From assembly GCA_963663275.1 (NCBI GenBank), contig OY760183.1, positions 2,816,001 through 2,880,000 on the forward strand: a DNA stretch of 64,000 nucleotides. Direction: 5' to 3'. The DNA comes from Chloroflexota bacterium. GTDB lineage: Bacteria; Chloroflexota; UBA11872; VXOZ01. Positions 35,857 to 46,756 of this stretch are shown here, in pieces (position 1 is the stretch's first letter; every line of letters begins with the position of its first letter). Both the position numbers and the translations under genes were made by a program. The notes under the pieces were generated by a model, which made no database searches, was not told the DNA's origin, and saw nothing but the letters and a program-made list of their open reading frames with translations.

Positions 35857-37257
35857 CTAGCCGCTCATTGCGCTATCGAGATGGGCTTGCTGAGTCTCCG
35901 CGAGGGTCTTCATTGCCTCTTCGGCAGTGATCGCCTCTTCGAGGACCTGCGTGGACGCCTCCATGAACGCACTGCGATAGTCACTCGCCGTCGCGATGGG
36001 CGGCCAGTAGGTCTCACCGTACTGAGCCAACTGCAGGAAGACGTCAACATACGGTACGATGCGGTTGTCCGCGCCGACCTTCTTGATATAGCCTTCCTTG
36101 AATTCGCCCAACTGGGCAATCACGCACGGGCCGTTGAGGGTCTCGTAGCCCATCTTGCCGGAGTTGTCGATGAACATCCACTTATCAAAAGCCCACGCCT
36201 CATCCGGATTTGCGGCGTTAACCGGGATGGCGTACATCCAGCCCTGCACCGAGTTGAAACGGATACCCGCTTCAGCGCCCTCGACCGTCGGCGGCAGGCC
36301 GATGCCATACGGCAGGCCGGGAGCATTGTCGTCGATACGCCTCTGGGCCCAGAAACCGGAAGCAAAGTACGCCAGGTTGCCCGTGTACCACGGGAAACCG
36401 GTCGCGCCATAGCCGCCGCGATCTTTGAAGAACTCATCGACGGCCACTTTACCGCCCTGCTTCTTGGTCAAGCTGACCAGCCAGTTGAGCGACTCGATAA
36501 TCGCGGGATCATCCGGCGTCACTTTACCGGCGTCGTAATCGAAGAACTCCCCACCAAAGAGGAATCCAAGACGCGTGCGGCCAAAGCTCCGGTAGTTCCA
36601 ACCCAAGTCGCTGATATTTTCACCACTGGTCTGATGGAACTTGAGCGAAATATCCTCTGTGTTCTGGAAATCAGTCAGCGGAACTTCCGGATCTTCACCG
36701 AACTTGACGTACATGTCCTTGTTCCAGAAGTAGACGATCCAGTCGGCGCCGCCCGGCACCGCGTAGAGTTGGCCGTTGAGGGAGCTATCGTCCCACATCG
36801 CCTTGGTAAACTCTTCGCGGGTGTGCCCCGCAGCCTTCATGTACTCATCCAGCGGGCGGATGAGTTCGTTGAACATGAACGGCCCCTGGAACACCCAGTT
36901 GGTGTAGTGCGTGTCCGGCGGCGTACCGGCGGCGATCGAGGCGATCAGCTTCGCTTCAATATCCTTGATGAACTGCCAGTCCAGCTTGATGCCGGTGTCG
37001 GCCTCGAAAGCCGGCCCGTACGCGCCCATGATAGTGGAGTACGGCTCGCCCCAGGCCGCGTTCCACGCCACCACCGTGACCTGTTCCTTCGGCTGCTCTT
37101 CCGCGGCAGGCTTGGCCTCTTCCTCAGGCGCCTCAGCCTCCCCTTCAGCGGCCGGCATCGCAGCCGCGCCGCACGCCGCCAGCACCACGGCGGCCGAGCC
37201 GCCCGCGGCCATAGCGAGGAAGCTGCGTCGTGTGACGTCAACATCTAGTTTCGGCAT
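35857..37257 (-). CDS. ABC solute-binding protein, Tat lipoprotein (SBP3)
   Basis: TRRSFL, VLAAC lipobox, IAAGTPPD, YAVP and WNKD motifs. Confidence 0.88.
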   Translation of the reverse strand: MPKLDVDVTRRSFLAMAAGGSAAVVLAACGAAAMPAAEGEAEAPEEEAKPAAEEQPKEQVTVVAWNAAWGEPYSTIMGAYGPAFEADTGIKLDWQFIKDIEAKLIASIAAGTPPDTHYTNWVFQGPFMFNELIRPLDEYMKAAGHTREEFTKAMWDDSSLNGQLYAVPGGADWIVYFWNKDMYVKFGEDPEVPLTDFQNTEDISLKFHQTSGENISDLGWNYRSFGRTRLGFLFGGEFFDYDAGKVTPDDPAIIESLNWLVSLTKKQGGKVAVDEFFKDRGGYGATGFPWYTGNLAYFASGFWAQRRIDDNAPGLPYGIGLPPTVEGAEAGIRFNSVQGWMYAIPVNAANPDEAWAFDKWMFIDNSGKMGYETLNGPCVIAQLGEFKEGYIKKVGADNRIVPYVDVFLQLAQYGETYWPPIATASDYRSAFMEASTQVLEEAITAEEAMKTLAETQQAHLDSAMSG

Positions 37258-37546
37258 TAGGCTCTCTCCTTATCGAGATGCAATGCTCCTGAAACAACAC
37301 ACCAAGCCAAGCAGAGCCGTTGCAGTAACTGCTGGCCTGTGCGCTATGTTAAGCCTTTGCCCCGAATTGTGTCAAATCGCCTGGCCGACCGCAGACACTT
37401 CCCTCGGTTCCTGCGCAATCCCCTGCGCTCAAGACCCTCAACGGTGGAAAGCGGCCTGCGGACCAGCCATACAAATAGGAGATAGAGGGGCCTCCCGCAG
37501 GGGTCTACGGGCGCCGGGCGGCCGGCATAGGGCGCAGCCGTAGCCG

Positions 37547-37555
37547 TGCTATAAT
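37547..37555 (+). promoter_or_regulatory. Extended -10 promoter for the ppdK operon
   Basis: TGCTATAAT about 110 nt upstream of the ppdK ATG. Confidence 0.55.
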
Positions 37556-37665
37556 GCCTTTGACTGTTGTTCCAGGCTGGACAACGCGGGCGGCGGGCAG
37601 CGCGCTTCACCGCTCGCGGGCACACCATGAGCGTCAATCACACCACAGGGAGGAATGCGCGAGCA

Positions 37666-40359
37666 ATGGCGAAAGAAGCGGTTGCGACTCAGGGAGCAGA
37701 GACCGGGCACAAATGGGTGTACCGCTTTGAAGAGGGCGACGCCACCATGCGCGACCTGCTGGGCGGCAAGGGCGCGAATTGCGCCGAGATGATGCGCGCC
37801 GGCCTGCCGGCCCCGCCGGGTTTCACCATCACCACGGCGGCCTGCAACGCCTTCTACGAGTCCGACGAGCAGTTTCCGATTGGCATGTGGGACCAGGCGC
37901 TGGCGGCCCTCGCCGATCTGGAAGCAAAGTCCGGCAAGCGGCTGGGGGACGCCGCTAGTCCGCTGCTGGTCTCGGTGCGTTCCGGCGCTAAGTTCAGCAT
38001 GCCCGGCATGATGGACACTATCCTCAATCTGGGCCTCAACGACGAGACGATCCAGGGCGTGATCGCGCAGACGGGCAACGAACGCTTTGCCTGGGATTCT
38101 TTCCGCCGCTTTGTGCAAATGTACGGCAACGTGGTGCTGGAGGTCGAGAAAGACCATTTCGAGCACGCCTTGGACGCCATCAAGGAAGAGGCGGGCATCG
38201 AGCAAGACGTAGACCTGACCGTCGCGCATCTCCAGGCCGCCGTGGGACGCTTCCAGGAGATTATCGCCCACGAGACCGACGCGGTCTTCCCCACTGAGCC
38301 TGTAGACCAACTGCGCGGCGCGATCGAGGCGGTCTTTGCCTCCTGGAACAACCGCCGCGCCATCGACTACCGCAACTTCCATAGGATTCCCCATTCTCTG
38401 GGCACCGCCGTGAACGTGCAGACGATGGTCTTCGGCAACATGGGCAGCGATTCCGGCACCGGCGTGGCCTTCACGCGCAATCCCTCCACCGGAGAACCGG
38501 CGCTCTTTGGCGAGTTCCTGGAAAACGCCCAGGGCGAGGACGTGGTGGCCGGCGTGCGCACGCCCCTGCCGATTGCCAAGCTGCAAGAAGTGTGGCCGGA
38601 CATCTATGAGGAGTTCGCGGCCATTGCCCAGCGGCTCGAGACCCACTACCGCGAGATGCAGGACATGGAGTTCACCATCGAACGCGGCACACTCTACATG
38701 CTCCAGACGCGCACGGGCAAGCGCACCGCCAGCGCCGCCGTGCGCATCGCGGTGGACATGTTCAACGAGGGCCTGATCAGCAAGGAAGAGGCGATTGCCC
38801 GGGTGGAGCCGGAGCAAATCGACCAACTCCTGCACCCGCGCATCGACCCGGAGGCCGAGGCGCAGGTCATCGCCAAGGGTCTCAACGCCTCGCCGGGGGC
38901 GGCGGTAGGCATGGCCTACTTCGACCCGGACGAGGCCGAGGCGGTGGCGCGCCAGGGCGCGAACGTGATTCTGGTGCGGCCTGAGACCAGCCCCGACGAC
39001 GTGCACGGCATGATTGCCTCCCAAGGCATCCTGACCGCCCGCGGCGGCGCCACGAGCCACGCGGCGGTAGTGGCGCGCGGCCTGGGCAAGCCCTGCGTCG
39101 CCGGCTGCGACGAAATTCGCATCGACATGGAACACGAACGCTTCACGGCCGGCGACGTGACCATTGAAAAGCGCGACTTCATCTCGCTCAACGGCAGCAC
39201 GGGCGAGGTGATCCTGGGAGAGGTGCCTCTAATCCAACCCGAAATCACGGCGGAGATGAGCGAGTTGCTCCGCTGGGCGGACGGCGTGCGCCGCCTGGAA
39301 GTCTGGGCCAATGCCGACTACCCCCGGGACGCCGCCCTGGCGCGCGAGTACGGCGCGCAAGGCATCGGCCTCTGCCGCACGGAGCACATGTTCTTCGAGG
39401 AAGAGCGGCTGCCCATCGTGCAGCAGATGATCCTGGCCAGCAGTTCCGGCGAGCGCCAGGCGGCCCTGGACAAACTCCTGCCCATCCAGCGCGACGACTT
39501 CAAGGGCATCTTGAGCGCCATGGACGGCTTGCCGGTGGTCATCCGCCTGCTCGACCCGCCGCTCCACGAGTTCTTGCCGGACTACGCCGAATTGTTGGAG
39601 GAAGTGGCCACGCTGCGCGCCACCGGCCAGGACCCGCAGCGGCTGGCGGAACGGCAGGGGCTCCTGGAGAGTGTCGCGTCGCTGCGGGAGGCGAATCCCA
39701 TGCTTGGCTTGCGCGGCTGCCGGCTGGGCCTGGAATACCCCGCCATCTACGAAATGCAGGTGCGCGCCATCCTGGAGGCGGCGCTGGCGGTGCAGGAAGA
39801 TGGCGGCAATCCCCATCCCGAAATCATGATCCCCCTCGTCAGCCACGCGAACGAACTGGGCGTGCTGCAAGAGCAACTCGAACGCACGGCGCAACAGGTG
39901 GCGGCGGAACGCGGGGCCGGCGTGGCCTACAAGTTCGGCACCATGATCGAGGTGCCCCGCGCTGCCCTCACTGCCGCGGAGATAGCGGAGCACGCCGAGT
40001 TTTTCAGCTTCGGCACCAACGACCTAACCCAGACCACCTACGGGTATTCCCGTGACGACGCCGAAGGCAAGTTCCTCCTGAACTACGTGGAGAACGCCAT
40101 TCTGCCGGAGAACCCGTTCCAGGTGCTCGACCGGGACGGCGTGGGCCGCCTGGTTTCGATCGCGGTGGCGGAAGGCAAGCGGACCCGCCCCGACCTGGAA
40201 GTCGGCATCTGCGGCGAGCACGGGGGCGACCCGGACTCGATCCACTTCTGCCACGGCGCGGGCTTGGACTACGTTTCGTGCTCGCCGTACCGGGTGCCGG
40301 TGGCGCGCCTCGCCGCGGCCCAGGTGACGCTGGCCGCGGCCGGGCCCCGTGATAGATAG
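37666..40359 (+). CDS. ppdK: Pyruvate, phosphate dikinase
   Basis: LGGKGAN, SMPGMMDT, GGATSHAAVVAR, GIGLCRTEHMF, FSFGTNDL and GICGEHGG motifs. Confidence 0.97.
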   Translation: MAKEAVATQGAETGHKWVYRFEEGDATMRDLLGGKGANCAEMMRAGLPAPPGFTITTAACNAFYESDEQFPIGMWDQALAALADLEAKSGKRLGDAASPLLVSVRSGAKFSMPGMMDTILNLGLNDETIQGVIAQTGNERFAWDSFRRFVQMYGNVVLEVEKDHFEHALDAIKEEAGIEQDVDLTVAHLQAAVGRFQEIIAHETDAVFPTEPVDQLRGAIEAVFASWNNRRAIDYRNFHRIPHSLGTAVNVQTMVFGNMGSDSGTGVAFTRNPSTGEPALFGEFLENAQGEDVVAGVRTPLPIAKLQEVWPDIYEEFAAIAQRLETHYREMQDMEFTIERGTLYMLQTRTGKRTASAAVRIAVDMFNEGLISKEEAIARVEPEQIDQLLHPRIDPEAEAQVIAKGLNASPGAAVGMAYFDPDEAEAVARQGANVILVRPETSPDDVHGMIASQGILTARGGATSHAAVVARGLGKPCVAGCDEIRIDMEHERFTAGDVTIEKRDFISLNGSTGEVILGEVPLIQPEITAEMSELLRWADGVRRLEVWANADYPRDAALAREYGAQGIGLCRTEHMFFEEERLPIVQQMILASSSGERQAALDKLLPIQRDDFKGILSAMDGLPVVIRLLDPPLHEFLPDYAELLEEVATLRATGQDPQRLAERQGLLESVASLREANPMLGLRGCRLGLEYPAIYEMQVRAILEAALAVQEDGGNPHPEIMIPLVSHANELGVLQEQLERTAQQVAAERGAGVAYKFGTMIEVPRAALTAAEIAEHAEFFSFGTNDLTQTTYGYSRDDAEGKFLLNYVENAILPENPFQVLDRDGVGRLVSIAVAEGKRTRPDLEVGICGEHGGDPDSIHFCHGAGLDYVSCSPYRVPVARLAAAQVTLAAAGPRDR

Positions 40360-40404
40360 CACGCTCGCGCGCGTCCACGCGCGGCATTCCCCTAGGAGGT
40401 CAAC

Positions 40405-41007
40405 GTGACATCGAGGACAGACGCGGATTCCGTCGCAGACGCGGACCCCGTTGCAGAGGCAGAACTCCTGCGGGCGCTGGAGGAGCAACCGGAGGAGTGG
40501 GGCCAGGTGCGCATCAGCGTGCCCCCGGACACCGGCAAGTTTCTCCACGTCCTGGTGCGCATGGCCAGACCGAAGCGCATTCTGGAAATCGGCATGTTTC
40601 ACGGGTACTCGACGCTCTGGATCGGGCTGGCCGCCCGGTCGGTCGGCGCGCGCATCACCACCCTGGAACTGGAAGCCGAGAAGGTTGCCGTGGCGCAAGC
40701 TAACTTTGCCAAGGCCGGTTTGGCGGACATCATTACCGTCATCCAAGGCGACGGCAAGCAGACGTTGGCTGGGCTGCCCGGCCCATACGACCTGGTCTTT
40801 CTCGACGCGGCCAAGGAAGATTACGCGGCCTACTTCGATCTCATCTACCCGCGGTTGGCGCCCGGCGGCGTCATCGTAGCCGATAACGCGGTCTCCCACG
40901 GGGAGTACATGGCGGACTACTTCGACAAGGCGCGCAACCACTCCAACTGCGTGAGCGTGCTAGTCCCGGTCGGCACCGGCGAAGAGGTGACCTACAAGAA
41001 GGGTTGA
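40405..41007 (+). CDS. Class I SAM-dependent O-methyltransferase
   Basis: ILEIG-x-x-x-GYSTLW, DLVFLDAAK and GGVIVADN motifs. Confidence 0.9.
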   Translation: MTSRTDADSVADADPVAEAELLRALEEQPEEWGQVRISVPPDTGKFLHVLVRMARPKRILEIGMFHGYSTLWIGLAARSVGARITTLELEAEKVAVAQANFAKAGLADIITVIQGDGKQTLAGLPGPYDLVFLDAAKEDYAAYFDLIYPRLAPGGVIVADNAVSHGEYMADYFDKARNHSNCVSVLVPVGTGEEVTYKKG

Positions 41008-41010
41008 GCG

Positions 41011-41682
41011 GTGGGCGGGCGTGACGAATCGGAGAAATCCCTCACACTGCGGCGGATGCGCCTGGCATCCTCGTTGCGGCGCAAGGGAGTCAGCGACCCG
41101 CGCGTGCTCAACGCCATCGGCGAAGTCCCGCGCGAGCAGTTCGTAGACCAGGGGCTGCGCGACGAGGCCTACCGCGACAGCCCGTTGCCCATTGGCAAAG
41201 GCCAGACGATTTCGCAGCCCTACGTGGTGGCGCTCATGACCGAGGCGCTTGCCTTGACCGGCGCTGAGCGCGTGCTCGAAGTCGGCACCGGCTCAGGCTA
41301 CCAGACGGCAATCCTGTGCGCCCTGGCGCAATTCGTGGTGTCGATTGAACGTTTCGCCGGTCTCGCCCAGGCGGCGCGGGACCGCCTGCGCGCCCTGGGA
41401 CATGGAAACTTTGCCGTGCACGTCGCCGACGGCACCCAGGGATGGCCGGACGAAGCGCCCTACGACGCCATCGTCGTGGCGGCGGCGGCGCCCCGGCTGC
41501 CGGAGCCGCTTCTCGCCCAGCTTGCGGCGGGCGGGCGTTGCGTGATCCCCGTGGGCGATCGGCACAGCCAGGCGCTCCTCTGCGTTGAGCACCACGGCGA
41601 ACGGGCGCCGCAACGCAATCTGGGGTGCGTGCGCTTCGTGCCGCTGGTGGGCGCGCACGGCTGGTCGGACGAAGGGGAGTAG
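41011..41682 (+). CDS. pcm: Protein-L-isoaspartate O-methyltransferase
   Basis: GQTISQP, VLEVGTGSGYQ, APYDAI and VRFVPL motifs. Confidence 0.95.
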   Translation: MGGRDESEKSLTLRRMRLASSLRRKGVSDPRVLNAIGEVPREQFVDQGLRDEAYRDSPLPIGKGQTISQPYVVALMTEALALTGAERVLEVGTGSGYQTAILCALAQFVVSIERFAGLAQAARDRLRALGHGNFAVHVADGTQGWPDEAPYDAIVVAAAAPRLPEPLLAQLAAGGRCVIPVGDRHSQALLCVEHHGERAPQRNLGCVRFVPLVGAHGWSDEGE

Positions 41683-41829
41683 GGCCGTTCCGCACATGAT
41701 GAGGATGCATTAATGGCGGATGCGTTAGTATAGGACGTACGGACGGGACCCGTTCGCATTGAGTCCGCAAGTCTGCGGGCGCCTGACGGCAGCGACGGTA
41801 GGCCCGCCCAGCACTCATCGAACAAGAGG

Positions 41830-42714
41830 ATGCAGATGGAAGAGAGAGTCGCCGCTTTCCTGGACCACATTACCGAGCAGCGTGACCTATCGGCGAACAC
41901 GCGGGCGGCGTATCGAAACGACTTGTCCCAATTGACCCGTTTTCTCCAGGCCAGGGGCATGGACGACTGGCACGGGGATGCCGCGTGGGTGGAGGCGTAC
42001 AGCCAGGATCTCATGGAACGCGGCTACAGCGCCGCCACCCGGGCGCGCAAAGTTGCCGCCGTGCGCTCGTTCTACCGCTACCTTTCCGATGAAGGGGTCG
42101 TGGCCGAGGATCCGACGCAGGATCTGGCCGGCGGGCGCGTCGAGCGCGCCCCGCCCACGGTGCTCAGCCACGAGCAAGTCGCCGCTCTCTTTGCGGCGGC
42201 CCGGGAGCGCTCATCGCCGGAAGCCCTGCGCGACCAGAGCATCTTGAGCCTCTTGTACGCGACCGGCCTGCGCATTACCGAGGCGCTGGGCCTCGACCTG
42301 GACGACATCGACCGAGAGCAGCGGCGCCTTATCGTGCGCGGGCGCAAGCGCCAGGCGGAAGCGCCCCTGGACGAGGCGTGCCTGGACGCGCTCGACCGCT
42401 ACGTCACGCAGAGCCGCCCCCGGTTGCGTACTTCCCAGTCCGGCCAGGCGCTCTATCTCAACCATCGGGGGCAGCGCCTCACCCGCCAGGGTTTCTGGCT
42501 GGCGCTCAAGCGTTTTGCGCGGGCGGCGAACTTGCCCGAGGTCACCCCGCAGACGTTGCGCCATACCTTTGCCGCGCACGCCCTGGAAGGCCAAGCGCCG
42601 CTCGAGCGCGTGCGCTCGATGCTGGGCCACAGCAACGTGAGTTCGACCCGGCGCTACACCCAGCTTACGGATGACGGCGCGGGAACCGAATCGAGCGCAG
42701 GAAACGCCAAATAG
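41830..42714 (+). CDS. XerC/XerD-like tyrosine recombinase
   Basis: NT-x-x-AY-x-x-DL, LYATGLRITE, LTRQGFW, TPQTLRH and LGH...Y motifs. Confidence 0.85.
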   Translation: MQMEERVAAFLDHITEQRDLSANTRAAYRNDLSQLTRFLQARGMDDWHGDAAWVEAYSQDLMERGYSAATRARKVAAVRSFYRYLSDEGVVAEDPTQDLAGGRVERAPPTVLSHEQVAALFAAARERSSPEALRDQSILSLLYATGLRITEALGLDLDDIDREQRRLIVRGRKRQAEAPLDEACLDALDRYVTQSRPRLRTSQSGQALYLNHRGQRLTRQGFWLALKRFARAANLPEVTPQTLRHTFAAHALEGQAPLERVRSMLGHSNVSSTRRYTQLTDDGAGTESSAGNAK

Positions 42715-42725
42715 AAAGAACGTCG

Positions 42726-44729
42726 ATGCAGACCGTCCGCCGCCACCTATCCGCTCTACTCGTTTCGCTCCTTCTGCTGGCAGCGCTGCTCAGCGCCGCC
42801 TGCGGACAAAACGGTACGGAGCGCGAGACGCTCTACTCCGCGAGCGACGGCCCCGCCGGGATAGAAGCGTCAGGCCGGTTCAAGCCGCTGGCATCCCAGG
42901 AGGCGGCGGAAGAGACGCTCCAGCGGCTGCTGGCAACCGACAAGCCCGAACGCGACCTCTTCGACATCGGCAGACGCTACAAGGGCCTGACGGACGACGT
43001 CCCGCGCGTGGTGAACGCCGCGCGGCCCGACTACCCGCTGGAAACGGTGCAAACCTTCTGGCTTGCCGACGACGCCAACGGCACGTACTACCCGATCAAC
43101 GCGGTGCTGCTGGGGAAATCGGCGCACCTCTACATGTACGTCGAGGAAGGACTGGACGTGCCCCAGGCCGGGATCGACAAGACGCTCCGCGTCTTCGAGG
43201 CAACCATCTACCCCACAATCAGATGGTACTTCGGCGCGGAGCGGGAGCCAGGGATTGACAACGATCCTCGGATTACGGTGCTCAACGCGCATATCCCCGG
43301 CGTGGGCGGCTATTACTCCTCCGCGGACGGGTATCCAAGCGCGGTCAATCCCTACAGCAATGAACGGGAGATGTTCTACATCAACATTGGCGGCCGCGGC
43401 TACGGTCCCGGCACGGACAACTATCTGTCTACGCTCTGCCACGAGTTCCAGCACATGGTGCACTGGAACCAGAACCCGACCCAGGAGACCTGGCTCAACG
43501 AAGGCGCCGCCGTGGTCGCGTCGCGGCTCTGCGGCTACGGCGTCGGCGGGCTGGTCAATTGGTTCGCGGAGAACGCCGACGTGCAACTAACCTCCTGGAG
43601 CGACGATTCGAGCGCCGCCATACCGCATTACGCGGCGGCCTACCTCTTCACGGAGTACTTCGCCCAGCACTACGGCGGCCACGAGAAGCTGAAGGACTTG
43701 ATTGCCCTGCCGCTGCGCGGCCAGGCGTCCATCGACGCGTTCCTGGCGCAAGAGGGCTATGACGTGACGTTCTACGACGTGTTTGCGGATTGGACGGCGG
43801 CAAACTACGTTGACGATGGACGCCCGGACGACGGCGCTTATACCTACAACGTGCGCCTTCCCAACATGCGCTCCCAGCAAGTGGTGCGCAATGAGACCTT
43901 CGACAGCGACCTGACGGTCAACCAGTTTGGCACGCAGTACGTGGATCTGCGCCTGCCGCAAGGGGACTATACGCTGGAGTTCGAAGGCGCGCCGCAGGTG
44001 CGGCTCTTCGCCACCACCGCCCCCAGCGGCGCAAACGTGTGGTGGAGCAATCGCTCCGACATGGCGAGCACGTCGCTCACAGGCGCGTTCGACCTGCGCA
44101 ACGCGTCGGCCCCGGCGCTGCGGTTCCGCACGTGGTACGACATCGAACCGGACTTCGACTACGCCTACGTGGCGGTTTCGATTGACGGCGGCGAGACCTG
44201 GACGACGCTGCCGGGCGCCACCACCACCACTGAGGACCCGAACGGCAACAACCTCGGCCACGGCTTTACCGGCGCCAGCGGCGGCGGTGAGCGCCCCGAG
44301 TGGATCGAAGAAGAGATCGACCTTGCCGAGTACGCTGGCAAGCAGATACTGCTCCGCCTCGAGTACGTCACCGACGACGCGGTCAACGGCGTCGGCTTTC
44401 TGGTGGACGACCTTTCCATCAGCGAGATCGGCTTTAGCGACGACGCCGAGACCGACGGCGCGTGGGAAGCGCGGGGCTTCTTCCGCACGGACGGCATTCT
44501 GCCGCAGTACTTCATCGTCCAACTGGTGCGCTACGCGGACGGCCTGCCGGCGGTGGAACGCGCCATGCTCATCGGACGGGATGAGGTGGGTGTTTCGTTC
44601 TCCCTGGCCGGCTTTGGGGAAGAGGTGCAGCGCGCCGCGCTCATCGTCAGCGGCGCGACGCCGGTCACCACTGAGGACGCGCGCTTCAACGTGCGCCTCG
44701 CTCCGGTTGCCGGCGGCGACAGCGAATAG
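42726..44729 (+). CDS. Lipoprotein Zn-metalloprotease (M30/M6 immune-inhibitor-A-like)
   Basis: LSAAC lipobox, SNEREMFY, HEFQHMVH, WLNEG, and a C-terminal WYDIE-x-x-FDYAYV / YVTDDA domain. Confidence 0.85.
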   Translation: MQTVRRHLSALLVSLLLLAALLSAACGQNGTERETLYSASDGPAGIEASGRFKPLASQEAAEETLQRLLATDKPERDLFDIGRRYKGLTDDVPRVVNAARPDYPLETVQTFWLADDANGTYYPINAVLLGKSAHLYMYVEEGLDVPQAGIDKTLRVFEATIYPTIRWYFGAEREPGIDNDPRITVLNAHIPGVGGYYSSADGYPSAVNPYSNEREMFYINIGGRGYGPGTDNYLSTLCHEFQHMVHWNQNPTQETWLNEGAAVVASRLCGYGVGGLVNWFAENADVQLTSWSDDSSAAIPHYAAAYLFTEYFAQHYGGHEKLKDLIALPLRGQASIDAFLAQEGYDVTFYDVFADWTAANYVDDGRPDDGAYTYNVRLPNMRSQQVVRNETFDSDLTVNQFGTQYVDLRLPQGDYTLEFEGAPQVRLFATTAPSGANVWWSNRSDMASTSLTGAFDLRNASAPALRFRTWYDIEPDFDYAYVAVSIDGGETWTTLPGATTTTEDPNGNNLGHGFTGASGGGERPEWIEEEIDLAEYAGKQILLRLEYVTDDAVNGVGFLVDDLSISEIGFSDDAETDGAWEARGFFRTDGILPQYFIVQLVRYADGLPAVERAMLIGRDEVGVSFSLAGFGEEVQRAALIVSGATPVTTEDARFNVRLAPVAGGDSE

Positions 44730-44776
44730 CCGCGTTCCCCGCCTAGCCGTCTGCGCCCTCTCGGAAGAAGCGAATG

Positions 44777-46756
44777 CTATTCCCCACCAGCTAACTCCTG
44801 GCGGCGTTGGACGTAGTCCTGCACCGCCAGCAGGAATTCGGCGTGGCTCCACGTGTACGGCGTTACCGAGAGCGGCGCGTGGGTGTAGGGGTGGACCTGC
44901 TCGGCAAACATGCCGGTAGCCACCGCGTGTCGGCGCGCCCATTGCAGCAGTTCCCCGGCCGGCTTCAGGTCCGCCAGAGTCCGCGCCCGTGCCACGTGCC
45001 AGCGGCAGAGCCACATAGTCGTCACCACCCAGGGATTGCCGGGCACGTTGCCCACGTCCGTGCTGACCTGGTGGAAGCGGTCGTTCTCGAAGCGGGCCAG
45101 GCCGCCGACTTCCGTATGGCACCACAGTTGCTGGCGCACGGCCGCCATGGTGCGTTCCATGCGCTCGTCCCCGGCCGGTACCATGCCAAAGAGGCCGACA
45201 CCGGCGATGCTGGCGTCCAGCGTGAGGTCCGGCACCGGCTCGCGGTTGCCGTAGAGGCGCAGGCGCGTGACGTAGCGCCCGGTTTCCGCATCGTAGAAGA
45301 GCGCGGCGAACGCCCGGCGGATTTGCTCCGCGGCCTCCCGCGCGGCCTCCGTCAGTTCCGGCTGGCCGAAGGCCGCCGTAAACGTGCACGCGGCCCGCAG
45401 CCCGGCCCACGTGGCCGCCAGCGTGTAGGCGTGCAACCCGTAGGTCTCTTCCCACAGATCGAAGGAAGGCAGCGGCAAGCCGGTCTCCGGTTCGCGATGG
45501 CTGAGGAGGAAGTCCAGCGCCGGTTGCACCAGGTCGGCGTAGAGCGAGCGCACGAAGTCGAAGTCCCGGTCCAGGCCGAAGTGCTCGCCCAGCGCCCAGA
45601 GCAGCGTCGCCGTATTGTCGGCGGCCACCGGCAGCGTTTCTTTGCCGTCCGGCGCCACCCACGCGTGATCCAAGCTGCCCACCGCGCCAAACGAGGTGTA
45701 CTTGGAAAAGAGGTAGCCGTCGGCGGTAGGCAGTTGGCGGCAGAACTCGAAGAAGTGGCGCGTGAGGTCCGTAAAGCCCGCCCGGTCCAGCGCCACCCCG
45801 GCCAGCGCCCCCACCCGCGGCAACAGATAGCTGTACGTGTCCCCCGTGCGGCGGGCAACGTCGGGATCGCTGCCGGCCATGATCGCCCCGGTGCTGTCCA
45901 CCTGCGTCCGCAGCGTGAGCAGGCTCCGGTGGTAGAGGTCCCAGATTTCTTGCGGAATGTCCGGCTTGGGCGTGCGGTGCTTGCGCACCCAGAACGACCA
46001 GTACTCCTGCGTGCGGTGGATGAAGCTATCCGGCGTGCGGAAGCGAATCAAGCGGTTGTCGTCCAGCACGGCGTCCAGGCCGGTATTGGCCGCTAGCCAG
46101 TGGTAGCCGGTGCGGGTCTCTCCCGCCGGCACGCGGCCCAGCGCCAACATGCCCACGCAGTCCACGTCGCCCCGCGAAACGGCGTTTTGCGAAAGCCAGC
46201 CGTCTTCGGCGTCCTGCCACGACCCCCGCGCGCCCTCGGCCGTGTAGACGCCCGTTGCCCAGTCCTGGATGCCGGGCTTGTCGCCGGCCATGACGTTCAT
46301 CAGAAAGAAGCGCTGCCCCTTGTAGGCAATCAGCGACTGCGTGGGCGGATGGTAGAATACCGTGTCGCCAATGTCCGGGCCCCAAAGTTCCCACTCGTAC
46401 TGGAAGTAGAGGCGAATCTCGCGGGCGTCGTCCGTCGTGTTCTTTACGTCAAGTTGCCGCAGCAGGAAGTCGCGCACGAAGTCCAGGCAGTCCGTAAACT
46501 CGATTTCGATGCCCAACCGCCGGTGGACGGCCCTGGCGCGGGAAACCAGAGAGTAGTCGCGATAGCCGGGCGTGATCTCCCAGGCCGGATCGCCCAGCCA
46601 GGAGAATTGGTCGTCCACCCAGACGCCGACGCGGGAAGGCCGCGCCGCCAGGTGATTGTCGGCGCCGACGTTCGGATAGTAGAGATCCCGAATGCGGTAG
46701 CGCTCATCGAAGTTGACGAGCATGCTGCCGTTGCCAATGGTAAGCGCGCGCGGCAC
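44777..46756 (-). CDS. Glycoside hydrolase family 15 (glucoamylase-like)
   Basis: IGNG-x-MLVN, DLYYP-x-VG, DLWEE, GGLARFEND, AEQVHP and TWSHAEF motifs. Confidence 0.88.
   Translation of the reverse strand: MPRALTIGNGSMLVNFDERYRIRDLYYPNVGADNHLAARPSRVGVWVDDQFSWLGDPAWEITPGYRDYSLVSRARAVHRRLGIEIEFTDCLDFVRDFLLRQLDVKNTTDDAREIRLYFQYEWELWGPDIGDTVFYHPPTQSLIAYKGQRFFLMNVMAGDKPGIQDWATGVYTAEGARGSWQDAEDGWLSQNAVSRGDVDCVGMLALGRVPAGETRTGYHWLAANTGLDAVLDDNRLIRFRTPDSFIHRTQEYWSFWVRKHRTPKPDIPQEIWDLYHRSLLTLRTQVDSTGAIMAGSDPDVARRTGDTYSYLLPRVGALAGVALDRAGFTDLTRHFFEFCRQLPTADGYLFSKYTSFGAVGSLDHAWVAPDGKETLPVAADNTATLLWALGEHFGLDRDFDFVRSLYADLVQPALDFLLSHREPETGLPLPSFDLWEETYGLHAYTLAATWAGLRAACTFTAAFGQPELTEAAREAAEQIRRAFAALFYDAETGRYVTRLRLYGNREPVPDLTLDASIAGVGLFGMVPAGDERMERTMAAVRQQLWCHTEVGGLARFENDRFHQVSTDVGNVPGNPWVVTTMWLCRWHVARARTLADLKPAGELLQWARRHAVATGMFAEQVHPYTHAPLSVTPYTWSHAEFLLAVQDYVQRRQELAGGE

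Noticed and set aside
35164-42714. tRNA-Pro plus tyrosine recombinase as an integrated element
   Set aside because: The recombinase is 6.6 kb away among core genes (ppdK, pcm), and no duplicated tRNA 3' end was seen.
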